The notes beneath the pieces were generated by a model. The model did not search any database, was not told the DNA's origin, and saw nothing but the letters and a program-made list of their open reading frames with translations. From assembly GCF_052425735.1 (NCBI RefSeq), contig NC_135761.1:8618001-8682000 (forward strand): DNA of 64,000 nucleotides, written 5' to 3'. The position numbers were made by a program, and so were the translations under genes. Shown in pieces: positions 11,677 to 25,020 of this stretch (position 1 is the first letter of the stretch; each line of letters starts with the position of its first letter). Origin of the DNA: Oculina patagonica. Lineage: Eukaryota.

Positions 11677-13154
11677 GTTAGGTAAATGGGGAAATTGTTA
11701 CGAAAGCTTGTAAGCCTCCTATCTGTTGAAGTTCCATATTTAGTTATCAATTATCTATTTTGATACATGTAGCTCTGCCTGCAGGTACAAGATCCAATCA
11801 ATGGTTGTTATCTTGTGGGAAACATGTGGTTACTTTGTTAAAGGCGAGAGGCTTGTTCGAACTGCATTTCTTTTATACTGAGAAAATTGCAAGGGCCTGC
11901 GAGCGGTCTCTCGTCAGCTTATTCTCGCGCGTGAGGCTCACCTCGCTCGCAGGCTATTTTTCAAAGTGTGCACGCCCAGTAAAAGCAGCCTACTCCTTTA
12001 CTTGGATCGAAAGTGAATGGAAGTTAAATTATTGGCAGGATATATATGTAAAATAATTTTCTTCTTTTAATGAACAAAATTGGCGGAGCCGCTAACGAAA
12101 GCGGCGAAGCCACGATGACAATGGGTAGTAGTCTTCCTTTGCGGCTCTGCTTGTACCCGAAACAAGCAGACTTATTGTTAACTGGTAAAATAATGATGAT
12201 AACAAACCAAAACCAAAAAGGATGGGTTTGGATTCATTGTTCATGTTGGTACACTGTATAGTTAAGCTAAAACTGCAGAGCACAATGATTGAGGGCTAGC
12301 GCCCTGCGAAAAAATGCAAAAACTTTGCAAAGTGAGCAATCCTTGATACTCTGAGTGAATAAAAAGGGACGTTTGGCGATTGTTTAGTGAGTAAATTATT
12401 GGAAATTTCTCAGTACAAATTTAAAGGCAATCACGAGAAGGTTGAAATGCCAGCAACATTTATTTTGAATAAAAAAAAAGTTACATCAGTTTTGTTTCAA
12501 AATTACACCTGACTTACAAAATCTCTGACAAAGTTGAGCATTATTTTACACCTCTGCAATTTACAGAAAACATGAAAAGCTGTAAAAAAAAAAAATCTCA
12601 TCTCATCTCTAAACAAAATCCTAATCTTATCTAGTAATGATAAAGTTAATAATTACTTCATTACAAAAACCCCTTAAGTTTGCTCTCTCCTACTATTCCA
12701 ATGAGCGACCATATGTGGCCTTCACTGCATAGGTTATTACGTCTACCCACTTAATTTGATAGTTCACATCACGTATTTAAGGGAAAAAAGCCGGCTTCCC
12801 CTCATATAAAAATCATAAAAAAATTTGTCGTGAATTTTAATTCGCTTGATTTCATGTGTTAAGTTATGTTTAATCTTGCTACCTTTTTCTGTGCTCTAGA
12901 GCAACACAACAGTCTTTACAAGAAGAAAATAAACAGAAATTTGTAGGACTTCTCACAGTAAGTCCAAAAAGCAGAAGCGTTTGACACTAGAAGTTTTTTT
13001 CAGTCCTAAGGATCGAGAGAAAAATTTTCCTTAAGACTGGTGATACAACAAAACCATTTCCCCTGGTTGATTATTTTTACTGATTCTTGTCACCTTCCTG
13101 GTTGGTAGTGTATTATCCGTATTTTGTAGAAGAAGTTGGCTTAATTAAATTAAC

Positions 13155-16100
13155 CTAGCGTTTTCCTCTTCGATATATACTTGGGAGATGTTGATGAGTC
13201 TTATACGGTGCTGGTATCCAGTGATTGGCTATCCACTTTTTTCCCCGTCTGACGTCACAGCCTCCGTGCAGAGAATACGGATCTCTCTCCCCAAGCCACC
13301 CGCTGTCGGAGTCGAGCAAGTGGTTGTACCACATGATCGCTGTGCCTCGTTTCGGTGCGATCACCAGATTGGCTTCCTGGCAGTAGTTACTCAGATTGTA
13401 AGGGTCGCCTTCCTTGCCTCTTTTTGATATGAGCATCTAGAGCATTAAGATAACACGTTGGCTTAATTTAGCAGATTCTAGCATCAAAATGGGCCCTTTC
13501 CATAAAACGGTCACATCGCAAAAAATTCGCTTTGCTGGATGGCAAGCTTATTATTGTTAACGCACTGAGAAATCCAAAACAATGAAAATTCCAGCTTGAC
13601 TGGCTAAAGTTCTTTGTTTTAAAGGCTGTTACATTTTATTGTCATTCAGCAAACATTGTACCATGTGACCGATTTATGCAAAGAGCTCATTAAGTATGTA
13701 CTCAGCTCATCTCCGGAATGACACTGCAAACTTTTTAGTACAAAAAATAATTTTGAGCATTTGTTTTTTTCTGACCGCGGTGGACTGAGAAAGAACAGCC
13801 GAGCTTAGTTAACCACTTTTGTAGGTATCCATCCAAATTGTGTGATATGCAAGAATCTGAAATCACTAAGACCTTACCGATTCGTTAAGAGTAGAGTTAT
13901 CAGCGACAATAAAGGCCGTTTCTCCTCCTTCTTCTACGTCGTTTAGATAATAAAGGATTGTTACAATCCTGAAAAAAAAAAGAATAGAAAAGAATCGTTT
14001 TACTTATATTCAGACAGGTAAAAGCGAACGATATACTTCCCGACGTTTCGCCGACCTCATGACGCCATTATCAAGGGTTTAAATGAGAAATTAACTAAAT
14101 GCGAGTTCAAAGAGTTATAAATTAAATTTACATAGCGGAGGTGGCTACACAAACACTTCAGCACGGATTGTACCTGTTTGCCGTTCAAACTCGGTGCAGT
14201 GTTAATTTCTTGATGTAAAGCATCTCGTTGACAAAAACATCGAATTTGTTCCTGCCTATTTCTTTAGAACTTTGAAACAACTGAGGAGGGCTTCAGAGAC
14301 AGCACCCGCGTGGTCGTTGTCATAGTGCTTGCGTACAGAAGATGACGTGCTTTTTTGGCAATCCACGCGGGCATGCAAATGCCCGCACGTGAAGCCAACA
14401 TAGCTCCCTGTATCACACAGGCTACACTGAAATTGGTACACTACACACTGATTTTTTAACCAGCTGTGGCTTGTTCTCACCTTCTTGACGGGCCTGGCCA
14501 ATTTCCCGACTGACAAATACGGGCTAGACTGTGAATTGGGGCTTAATGCTCAGGAATGCTATGGTCTTTTAACTGTGTTTTCACAATGTTAGCAGAGATG
14601 GGATGGGGGAAGGGGGGCACTCGTGCAAAATCTCAAAGGTGAAGTGAATCAAATCATTGTTGTTGTACATGTGTATGATATTTACCTGCAGAGACGACAC
14701 GGCTGGGTATTGTTTCTCGTCTGATGACAGCAGATCATGTTGACGTCACCGGAGGATGAAGAGTCATAATGGGCGTGGTAATGACCGTACTTGTCATATT
14801 TAACAACCTAGCAAGTATAACATCAAAGCTGAAACGCCATATACATTGTTTTCACTGTACAGCCTGAACTGTGAACTTTCTTAGCTCGAAAATCTGTAGT
14901 GAAATCCAAAATGGCGTTGATCGATTGGCGAAGGCAGCAGATCGTATTATGCATTAGTTCTAACGTAACCAAGCTCGCGCATCAGCTAAATAAATCAAAT
15001 ATACGTCTATTTTTGCTTTCTTACTCTGCTCAATCGAAGTGTCATCTAAACTAACACACTTGGCATAAGTTAATAAATACACTATTTAATGGTAAGTCGT
15101 GTTTGATAAGCGAACGCGTACAAATCTTAATCCTCAGCCCAAATTTTGCCCAAATCTCATTTATCAGCCTATTGTTTTCCTGATTTTCCAAATTTCATTC
15201 CCAAATGAAATTCCCAATTAAAATTGCTTGTGATTTCAGTCCTGGTGACCCAAATTCCATTTTCCCGGTGGAAATTTGCCCATTTCCCCATTTACCCTTT
15301 CAGGAAACCTGCGATCAGGCCCTTTGAATAAGGATGCATGCCAATACACTGCGCCAACCATCGACATGCAACCTCGAACGTTATCATAGACAGACTATAT
15401 TCCCAGGGGGGTACTCCTGCTTGTTAATGACGGGGATTTTTTTGGGTTTGAAATCTTCGATTCCGGGATTTTTTTGGGTTGGAAAATTTAGCAAGTAATT
15501 TTTTGGGTGACTTGATTTAAATAGGGGATTTTTTTGGGGGGTATTAAAAACGAAGTAAAGTGCCTTGGTGCGGCCTTGGCGTATTTATGGTATGATGAAT
15601 AAACAAACACGAGCGTTCAATTTTTTATGCTTTTTTGTGTTATATTATTGCCCCTCCTGGCAACTTTGGGGTAATTTGACAAGGGATTTTTGGGGGGGTT
15701 ATTTTTGGTCCAGGGATTTTTTTGGGTAATGTTGGAAGACTTAGGGATTTTTTTAGGTCCTGACTTTTGCCTTCATTCGATCATCCCCGTCATTTACAAG
15801 CCGGAGTACTCCCCCTGGGACTATATTTAACAATTATCCTGCGAAATCGCGCGGAATATCGAATGATACTTAGCCGACGAGGCCGTAGGCCGAGTTGGCT
15901 AAAGTCAGACGATATTCCGCAAGATTGAGCAGGATAATTGTTTTATTATTCAACAAAATATCAACGAAACACATTTTGCAGATGGTAAAACTGTAATTAT
16001 GCAGCGCTTTACAAGATTTCGGACGAATCTTCGCAACCTACGTATATCGCAGGATATCTGTTATGTACGGATGACAGATAACGCTAACCTTTTGACCATA

Positions 16101-16359
16101 TATGGGCACCGCGCGCATTTGCTGAATAATAACACATATTAGTAGAAACTCAGCTGTGTTCTATTGGAAATCCGCGAATCTGATTGGTTCTCCCACTGTT
16201 TTCTATTCACCGATAGAAAACAATCGCGCGCGCGAGTAGCTCTTTAAGAGGTAAATTTTCTTGATTTTTGTCTTCAAAGTGCACAATGTTGTAGGTTTTG
16301 GACTGCAATCCTTTAGAGTTTCTACTAAAACAGTTAGATTACTCGCCCTTGTTTTCTAT

Positions 16360-16395
<36 letters not shown>

Positions 16396-16402
16396 TAGCT
16401 CA

Positions 16403-16434
<32 letters not shown>

Positions 16435-19400
16435 ATATACTTCTCGTCTCATCCTTGATTTTCATCAAACTTTGCAGTTTCTTACCTGGAGAGACTCGGC
16501 ACCTTCGACTATCTCACGAGGAAGCTGGGTTAACTTCTCAACTCTATACATTTGACAAGCAGATCGAAATCATGTTAGGGAATTAATAAATCGCGTGAAT
16601 AGTCTGAGTCGAGTCACGGTTGCATAGCCTAAGCCATTCACTTTGCATGCGTGGCGAAAGTATTATCACCTCTTGGCTTCATTAAATTGTAAGATGTTGG
16701 ACCGCAGAACTCCAAATGGTGGACTATACTGGCTGTCGATTTAGTCGATTTGAGTATTTGGTTATCAACTAAACCTTTTCTTTATTTTAATTTTTGGTGT
16801 AAATCACTGATCTAGACGAGGCAAGTGACCCTGCTATTGTGATACTATTGTGACAATATTGCGATTAGTGACTCGAGCTCTACAGTGTTCTCATTTATTA
16901 TTTCTTTGACATAAGAAGATATGGTCATACATTTGGCCCCCTCCCGTGGCCAGCCATTCTGTACAATTAAATGATGGAGTGAAAAGAAATAATTTAAAAA
17001 ACAACGAATGAAGTTTGTTTTTATGACTCGTAATACAGTATTGTTCCTGGATTCTACAAAAATAAACAGGAGAACAGCAGAGAACAAGAGACGCATTTTC
17101 AGCTCAATTAAGAAAAAGGACCACAGAACATTATAATCGTAACTATCGAAAATTAACAAAACTATCGCGATTGTTATCGATATAATTGAATTTGCGATCG
17201 ATGCATCCCTTTTGGAACAATCCTGCGATGCATCGACAGTTCAATGTTTGGTTACACCCCTAGTACCTGTCAATCATCCTATTTTGTATTGGGTCTGGAA
17301 TGGTGCTGTGTAACCAGGCCGTGTGACTGTAGCGTGATCTATGCCTCGGGTGTTTTCTCTCCATTGTCTTCATGTATTTGAAAATGTCGCTCGTATCCAT
17401 TCTATCGTATATATCGCTGTTTATGGCGCCTATTGAAAAAAGAGGAAGCAGACCAGAAAACATTGTAGGTGCAAGTTTTACAAATAATTATCGAATCCGA
17501 TATATGACCGAAATGTTTTTCGGCCTGATCATGGAAGAAATTTTATAAAAAGAATTCTAAAAATGTTGTTACAAAAATCAAACAAAAAACACAGAAAAAT
17601 ACTAGAGCTATGCTTCAAATTTTCCATTTCAAATGTGCTAAAATAATGTACTCCCCACAAACCATTCACTAACAAGTTTTTTTTAGAGCTCGATTTTTTT
17701 AACGTCTGGAATGAACACTATCGTGATCTGGCGTATGTTTGACTTTGTAATATCCTTGTTACTTTAGAATAACAACAGATTGGTGGTTTTGTTGTTGTTG
17801 TTGTTGTCGTTGTTGTTGTCGTTATTGTTGTTTTAAATCTTTTTCCTTAAGATATATCCATTTCATTCCTTAAAGAAAGATACCAGGCTTTCCCGTTTGC
17901 CCTCAGTAGAAGTCCTTACTCTCTGAGACTCGTCCGCAATTACTTACCAAGACAAACTTTACAACTTCGACGACAGTTTCTCAACATCCAAATGACATGA
18001 TCTTCGTGAAGGCATTTTTCCTCCTTAGCTAGTGATGAGCAGTTCGTTGCTAAGTCTTCACAACCGCAGTTCCCACACGACTTCCTGCAGGTCAATAACA
18101 TCCAGGTTGGATACATGTCACATGCTTCTTCCTTTGCGAGCTGTGAGCACGAAGCGTCATTATCATCACAAGAACCGCCTAAAAATTGAGAAAACAGTTG
18201 TTTTGAGCTCCTGGTTGTCAAGATCCCGTAATACGGGCAACGTTTTCCTTCGACTTGAGTTGCACTACAAGTTGTATAGCATTTGTGCGTATTACCTGCC
18301 GTGTTAGTTGACATTTATTCAACTTTGTGCATCAACATGTTGCCGCAACGTTTTACGGGTAGTTATACGAGCAACAACACATAACAACTTGCAATTCAAC
18401 AATGTTGCGAGACAGTCAATGTTGGAAGAAAATGTCGTCCGTATTACTGGGCCTTTAAACGAAACACGCAGGATTAACCCTCCTTTAGCGTCACGCCTTT
18501 GAGAATTGTGTTTCTTAAAAAAAGGTAACACTGGTAATTCAACATTCAGGGATTTCAAATAACAATATGAAATATTGAAAATATATAGTTTCCTTACCTG
18601 AACCAAACTGAGTTATATTCAAAACTGTAAACCTGTAGTTATGAAACATAAACGAGAAAAAAAAAACGATCTGAGGAATGTACAAGGCATATGAACAGTC
18701 AATTAACTACAAAGGAGAAATCAACAACCTTAAATAGTTATATGTACGAGGGAATATTATCCAAAATTATTTCTAGTGTCTCAACAATATAATCTTACTT
18801 AACATTCAATCGCTGTTTCACCTCAAACCCGGCAGTAGCCGAACTAAGGTCTCAAACGCAGTAAACCAGAATTTATATAAGTAATCAAAATGCTTCTCTC
18901 CATTCAGCGATTACAAATGGGTACTGGTGAATTGTCGGAGCGACCCGACATTAATTCTGGGAGGTGGTTTCCTGCCATGGTATGGGCTACCATCCCATTC
19001 ATGGGGGTAAAGTGATACTCTTAGTCGCCCCACGTATGGAATTTGTATGACAGTGCGACTTGAACCTTTTACTTTGTCAAAGGGGCCCTGGTTACAGAGC
19101 CTGATCACATGAAATTCATCCTAGAGAAAACTTAAACGTCTATTACTGTATAATCTGCAAGACTTTTTCATTTCAGTAATACATGTTCAAAATTGGTTTG
19201 ACTGACTTACATCTCGTGTACATCGAATTCATCCAAGTACATGTAATAAAACAATTCGGATGCCTTTATTAACTGCAAATAAATAAAAAAAGCCAAAGTA
19301 AGTAAAGTAAAACTTTCAATTAAAAATGAGACTAGTCTTTTTGCATATGCTTTTCTACCAATTGCAGGCAGCCCAGTTAACATCAAAGTTTTTAATGTCA

Positions 19401-22400
19401 AAACGTTCAGAGAAAATACTAAAATGTGATTATTTTTGGGACTATATAGTTGAACTTAAAGAGATCTTATTAAAAAAATTGTTTCAGAGCATCATTTATA
19501 AAAAATACCAAAAGGTTTTTTGTTTGGGGACATTATACTTACTTTCGGCTAAAGCCGCCTCCTTCAACCCTTCAAATATAACACACACAACTCAGTGTTC
19601 TTTTAAAACTCATCTTACCTCGTATCCAGTGAGGACGCCATCTTTATCAAGGTCCCAGTTGTCAAAGTCATAAGACCTTTCATCTTAAAAAAAAGCATTT
19701 GCTGTTAGTACTAGCTTACGGGAAATTATTAGAATATAAATGAAGGCTTGATTCGACTTACCTTTACATACATCACAGCTTTGTCGACATTTCTCTAACA
19801 TGTAGCCAGGATTTTTTTTACATTCTCCACTTTTTGCCCACTTCATGCATCTATAGTCATCATCATAGCAATCGCCTACATGAGAAGAACAGTAAAGCGC
19901 TAAACTGATTAAACTGTGCACTGCTCGGAAATGTATACCCTGGAACCCTGATACAACGAACCCCTTTATAGAGGGTCTCAATGGGGTGGTGGCTATTACG
20001 GTTAACGGTTACAATTTTGGCTGTTTTACGGCTAACGGTTAGTTTTTTTTCCATTACGGTTAACAGAAGTTAAAAATTAATTTCCATTGTTTTTAAAAGT
20101 TAAAAATTAACTTCCATTATTGAAAAACATATTTTTGGTCTTAGGACCATTCTGGGACAATGGAGTGACCTAGTCGGTTAACATATTACGGTTACCATAC
20201 GGTTAACATATTTTACGCCTAACGGCTAAATTTTTGGCCGTTTTACGGCTAACGGTTAACCGCATTAAGACCCTCTTTATACTCAAGTCCCCGGTGTAAC
20301 GACAGTATTCTTCACCATGGCCAAGGCCCGGAATGGGGGTTCTCCCTATAGTAAACTATACGGGGAGCCCGGGGGGGACTCACATATGAAAGTGACGGGG
20401 ATGCTCGTCGTCTCGCTTAGGGGTGTAATTTTCGGATTTTTGGTCTCGCTTAGGGTGTTCCGGGCAAAACGCCAATATTTTTAGTCGTAATGGTCTCGTT
20501 TAGGTTTACACACGAAGAAATATACAAATATAACTTCTATTCTTAATTTTGTGGTATCTTTTAGGGGTCAAGAAAAGCTTGAGCCACACCCAGATTGGTC
20601 TCTTTTAGGGGTTCTTTTCAAAATTTCCGACGAGCATCCCCGTCCGTTTCATATAGGAGTCCCCCCCGGGACGGGGAGGCTCCTCCCGTGAGGGGTACAT
20701 CTTTTCAGGTTGTAGGTAACATATAATATGGAATGGGATTTCACAAGTTGGAGTATACAGAAGGATTGGGAAAACTGTGATGTAGCTATTTTAAAGGACC
20801 TTTCTTAGTACCTTGAACGGACCCACTGAACGACCCGAATCATTTTAATAAGTACTTTATAAGGGGTTTTCCAAAAAAAAAAATAAACCAATTTTTTATT
20901 TCTGAGACTTCATAATTTGTCAAGTTCTGAGAAATAACTTACTGGCAAACTTGTCTGTTGTATTCTGCTCATCAGGCAATGACACCTCGCTCAATATAAG
21001 CCCTGTTTCTTCTGCTTTTTTGGTAAGATGCTCGCATTCCTCTTTTGTCAAAAAGTCTGGTATTTCTAGAAGGGAAAACATAAATGATGTAGTTAATAGC
21101 TTCGAATTCCGCCCACGGCCACGCCCATAAGCAAAAACTGTTCAGGAGGCCAGGAACAAACGTTGAGTATTTAGTGTATATAACAGAGGTTTTGTTGGTC
21201 TTTCTTTGCAGAGCCAAGTAACCATGACATTTTTGCTCCAAACTTTAAGAAAGTTTACGGCGGCGAAAACCGGATCGGCGTTAAATTTTTGCGTTTGTCC
21301 GCTATGAATTCAATTACAATCCTGTAGTCAACCGGCTCCTTGGCACGCGGTGAATCGACCAGGCCATAGTTTTCGTCTTGAAGTCGCTAAAGAATTGCCC
21401 TCATCATGGTAATGGCATGCAACTTTCAAAGACTGACTCTCGTCTGCTCAAATCATTATTTGATTGGATATTAAAGAAATCAGAAACTGAAATTGAAATT
21501 TGAGTCTTTCGGGGTTAGACGTCATGTTCGGAATTATTCGCAGTCACACTCACTGTTTAGCTCTCAACCATCTCATCATGTTAGGCAAGTATTTTATATA
21601 TGTTAAAGCATTAGATACTATCAAGTTCCAGTTTCAAGATTTCGTCTCTCTTGTGCGGGAAAAGATGAAACTAGAGAAATATATCGCAGCCACGTCTGAT
21701 AAAGTGAAAGATTTTGAGAATAAATGGCATTTTTTTCTAGCAATTTAAGATAGTCTTATTATTATTATTTTTTTATCATTTTGTTTTCCCCTCTTTAATT
21801 ACTTGATCAATTCAGTTGATATAAGCTACGTTTTTGCTATGTTACTTAAGATAATTATTTGTAAATTTACATCTCTAAGTGGACAGTTTTGTAACACAGT
21901 TATTAAGTAAGTAGTAGAGCAAGAATGTAAATAGAGCAGCTTTATGTGATATTTATTGTTTAGCAGAAGCAGTTGTAATGCAGCATGTGCCGTTAGTGTT
22001 TGTAAGTAATGTAAGTTTCTTTTGTAAGAATGTCTTTGTGTTGCAATTAAAAAAAAAAAAAAAAAATTTACGACTGTTTTAACGAATGCTAAGAAAAGTA
22101 CTTTTTTCCGACTGATATATCACTGTTGAACGCTCGTTCATCCATCCATTTGGTCGATTCAGTCCGTCGGACCGGCACATTATATATTCTAAGAAAACAC
22201 ACATACCGAATACAGGAGGCTTGAGCGCCCGCGTGATCATTTTATGGGTTTTTCCTGCAGTTAACTGAACATGTCTCACATAGCCAACCTACAAGAATAG
22301 AACATGTCAAAAACGATCACCTTTTTTTTCTAAATATTTTTGAATAATTAAATATTATTCTTTCTTTTAGTGGATCTTGCAAATTCTATATAAGGCTATC

Positions 22401-23855
22401 TACCTGCAGTGGTAACCTTACTTAACCTTATTACCAGGATCCATGGAAAAGAGACTGAAGCAATGTATTTTGCAAGGTTATGTTCACACTTGGTGCGCAG
22501 AGCAGTTCCCAAGTACGATTCTCGCTTGGCACCACGGGGGGGGGGGGGGGTACTCCCATATGTGGCCTACGGAACGCTTCTCCTCCCCTTGAATAGGTTG
22601 TCATTTTTCGGTTTTGGGCCTTAAAAAGGGTATCATTTTTCACTTTCTTTATCCTTAAATAGGATCAGGGTTTAAGAACCTTGGTGGCGCACCCCTATCC
22701 GGGCTTGGCACTTATGTAAACACACCCCCTAGCATGTCTACATTAGTGTCCAGCAAGAATCGTACTCGTGCACCGTGCCCAGTTACCAAGTGTAAACACA
22801 GCCTTATACTACAGATTAATTCCGTACCTACGCCTTCTTAAACAAACCCATTTTTTTACTGAAGGCAAGAGAAGATTATTAACCTTTTTTGCCGAAAGGC
22901 AATACAAAAGCAAACAGGAACGCAATCGAGCAGAGTTAACGCAATCAACGGAAACAGTTATCCCCTGAGGGTGGTAGAATAAATATTTGCCTGTTCTCAT
23001 TGTTCAAAAGATTTAAATAAGCTTCGCCAAATAAACTTTTTTTGCTGAGTAAGCGAAACAAGTTTTTTTTTTTTACTTCAATCTTCTATTTGCGCTATTT
23101 TGAACAAATAGCACTTTGTGTCAAGCAAATTTGACGCAGTGGTTTATCGCGCAGCTTACCTTTTTCTATCGTTCATTCGTGTCTGTTTCAGAATTTTACC
23201 AACTTAAACGCAAGTTCTGTTCTTTTGGAGCACATTTCAATTTGAACAGCGCCTTTTTCAAAATCAAATAAAAAATAAAGACTGCTTTACAACAAAGGCA
23301 AGGTAACCCAAGCAATGTGCAGGGTCAGTCAGGCTATATTACCAGCTGATTACAAGCAAAATGTGACAGATGGGAGGTTTCCATAACATAAAATAATTTT
23401 GAATTCTATAACACATTTTTATTTATTTTTAACTTTAAATGCTCAATGTTCTTAAAAATCGCACGGCTTATATAATTAAAAAATCGAACCTTCTTAGCAA
23501 GAATACAATTCAACAAGCTATAAGGATCATGACAGCAATAATTGCGTCAAGTGGTCAAATATTAACCATATAATTGGTTGGGCACGCTGACTTCTATTTT
23601 ATTAAGAATCTAAATGTGGCAACATATTCACTTTAAAAATACCTTTTTTCCATCGTAGCGGAAGAGCCTGCGCTTGTAAGCGGGATGTGTTGTGGACTCA
23701 CAAACAGCTTTGCTTGACGTCCAATCCACGAAGCAAACGTTTTCATCTGATACAATCTTTGGCGGGTAATGAAATTCTAAGGACAAAACATTTTGACCAG
23801 CACAGCAGGCAATAATGAAAACTAACAACATTTCCACCAAAATAGAGATTTTCAT
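13155..23855 (-). CDS. P4HTM: P4HTM-like paralog C, complete, 13 exons, 546 aa with three internal ShKT domains (exons 23855-23643, 22288-22207, 21065-20943, 19875-19762, 19683-19619, 19272-19211, 18632-18598, 18178-17948, 17429-17267, 16543-16486, 14807-14686, 13968-13878, 13436-13155)
   Basis: All introns GT-AG; exons sum to 1641 nt in one open frame. Fe/2OG motifs GHYHAHYD, LYYLNDVEEGGET, SLHGGC and KWIANHW; EF-hand DLDKDGVLTGYE; N-terminal hydrophobic signal. Confidence 0.9.
14030..14595 (-). mobile_element. Penelope-like remnant (GIY-YIG 3' end plus degenerate hammerhead) in intron 11 of paralog C
   Basis: ORF 14256..14516 contains VVYQFQCSLCDTGSYVGFT; CCC-TTGATAA...CGAAACGTC-GGG at 14039-14077. 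Confidence 0.8.
15402..15819. mobile_element. MITE with CCC(A/G)GGGGG termini and 8-bp target-site duplication
   Basis: TIR CCCAGGGGG..GTACTCC; ACTATATT on both sides. Confidence 0.85.
15826..16130. repeat. Hairpin-type dispersed repeat (TTAACAATTAT... with GGCCGTAGGCC apex)
   Basis: 15828-15942 is an imperfect palindrome. Confidence 0.6.
16139..16435. repeat. Dispersed hairpin-ended repeat; inverted copy at 29301-29597
   Basis: Near-identical reverse complement of 29301-29597. Confidence 0.9.
17790..17832. repeat. (GTT)n microsatellite
   Basis: Read directly from the sequence. Confidence 0.9.
19971..20275. mobile_element. MITE with GAGGGTCT termini and internal TAACGG repeats
   Basis: TIR GAGGGTCTYAATG; flanking duplication TTTATA. 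Confidence 0.8.
20368..20670. mobile_element. CCCGGGGG MITE nested in an older MITE of the 50676 family; inverted sibling at 49660-49981
   Basis: 8-bp duplication ACGGGGAG at 20360-20367 and 20671-20678. Confidence 0.88.
21440..22046 (+). mobile_element. 5'-truncated L1/Tx1-type LINE 3' end with poly(A) tail, antisense in intron 2 of paralog C
   Basis: ORF2 C-terminal-like LNHLIMLGKYFIY...FENKW, followed by a T-rich UTR and an A tract at about 22029-22046. Confidence 0.7.
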
Positions 23856-24989
23856 GAGGCGGTTCGGGTTTGATCGACGAGTTATTCAGAACGTCTCGCT
23901 AGCGCCACCAAACTCTTCCGGCGTAAAAACGATTTTGATTGCCAAAACAATACTTAAACCTGTTGGTAAATCTATTGGACAATATCGTTTCAGTTTTTCA
24001 GCAGGTCTCTTAGACCTGCCACAAGTCGATTCTTATGAGCGAAGAAGAGGCGATAATGTTAGGCAGTCAATGCAAATGAATGGTTCCGTAACTGGCATTT
24101 TGGAAGTTTACAGCAGGATCATGTCAGGGAACATTTTTTTAAATCGATTTCGAAAGAATTGCGTGTCTTGCATAGCCGACGGCCAAATAAATTTAAAGAG
24201 ACGACAAGTGATTCTTGCAGAAGCGATGGCAGACTATACTAGGGCACAGACTAGCCTATACCGTTGCGAAATATTTTAGACACATCTCCGAAGAAGCCAC
24301 AATTTATTAAACAATATTTTCTCAAATTTGCTTCACCCAAAGCCCTCGCTTAGTTCAGCATGCATTTTGCCTGGCTGTGTGGTAGAGTGTTTATTTCTTT
24401 TTCCGCTTCCGTGCTTTCCAAATATAAATACTCCTTTTTTAAGAAGGCAAGTTGATTAGTTTCACCATACAGATAAATAATTATTTCCGGCTTGACTGAA
24501 GTCAAATGACATGAAGCAATATAAAGGACTCGTCGAAACTTGCTAATATTCGTACGGAGCAAATACGCTGCCTTGCCACACAGGTACGAAAATTTTTGCT
24601 TTGTAAACCCGGGCTATCTAAGGAAAATACTTGACTTCTCCGGGTAAATACACTGTTCTGAACTGTAGACCTTCAGAATCATGTTTAAAACCACTTAATA
24701 ACTCCAGGGAGCTACAGTATCGTTCCGTCTGACCTTGGCAAAGCGGCATGCTAATCAATATTGAAAATTAATACCTAGAAGTCAGAGCAATATCGTTAAG
24801 CGACTTCGTTCTGGACGTTCTAGCTCCCAGACCTTTTCTGATCCAACCGCAACGACCGAAGGGTCCATCGCGTGATCGCTTCAAAGCATTTACCTTATTA
24901 TAGGAATATAACGAGGCATTTTAACAACGCGAAAAAAATGTACGCGTAATAAAATCAACGCGAATTTAGAAAAAGTTTTGGAAAAATTA

Positions 24990-25020
<31 letters not shown>

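Noticed and set aside
17940-19981. Stand-alone ShK toxin genes suggested by ORFs 17940..18314 and 19685..19981
   Set aside because: No signal peptide or own start; they are bounded by splice sites in phase with the surrounding P4HTM exons.
23815-24279. 154-aa plus-strand ORF overlapping the start of paralog C
   Set aside because: No domain features; it covers the presumed promoter region and is likely a chance ORF.
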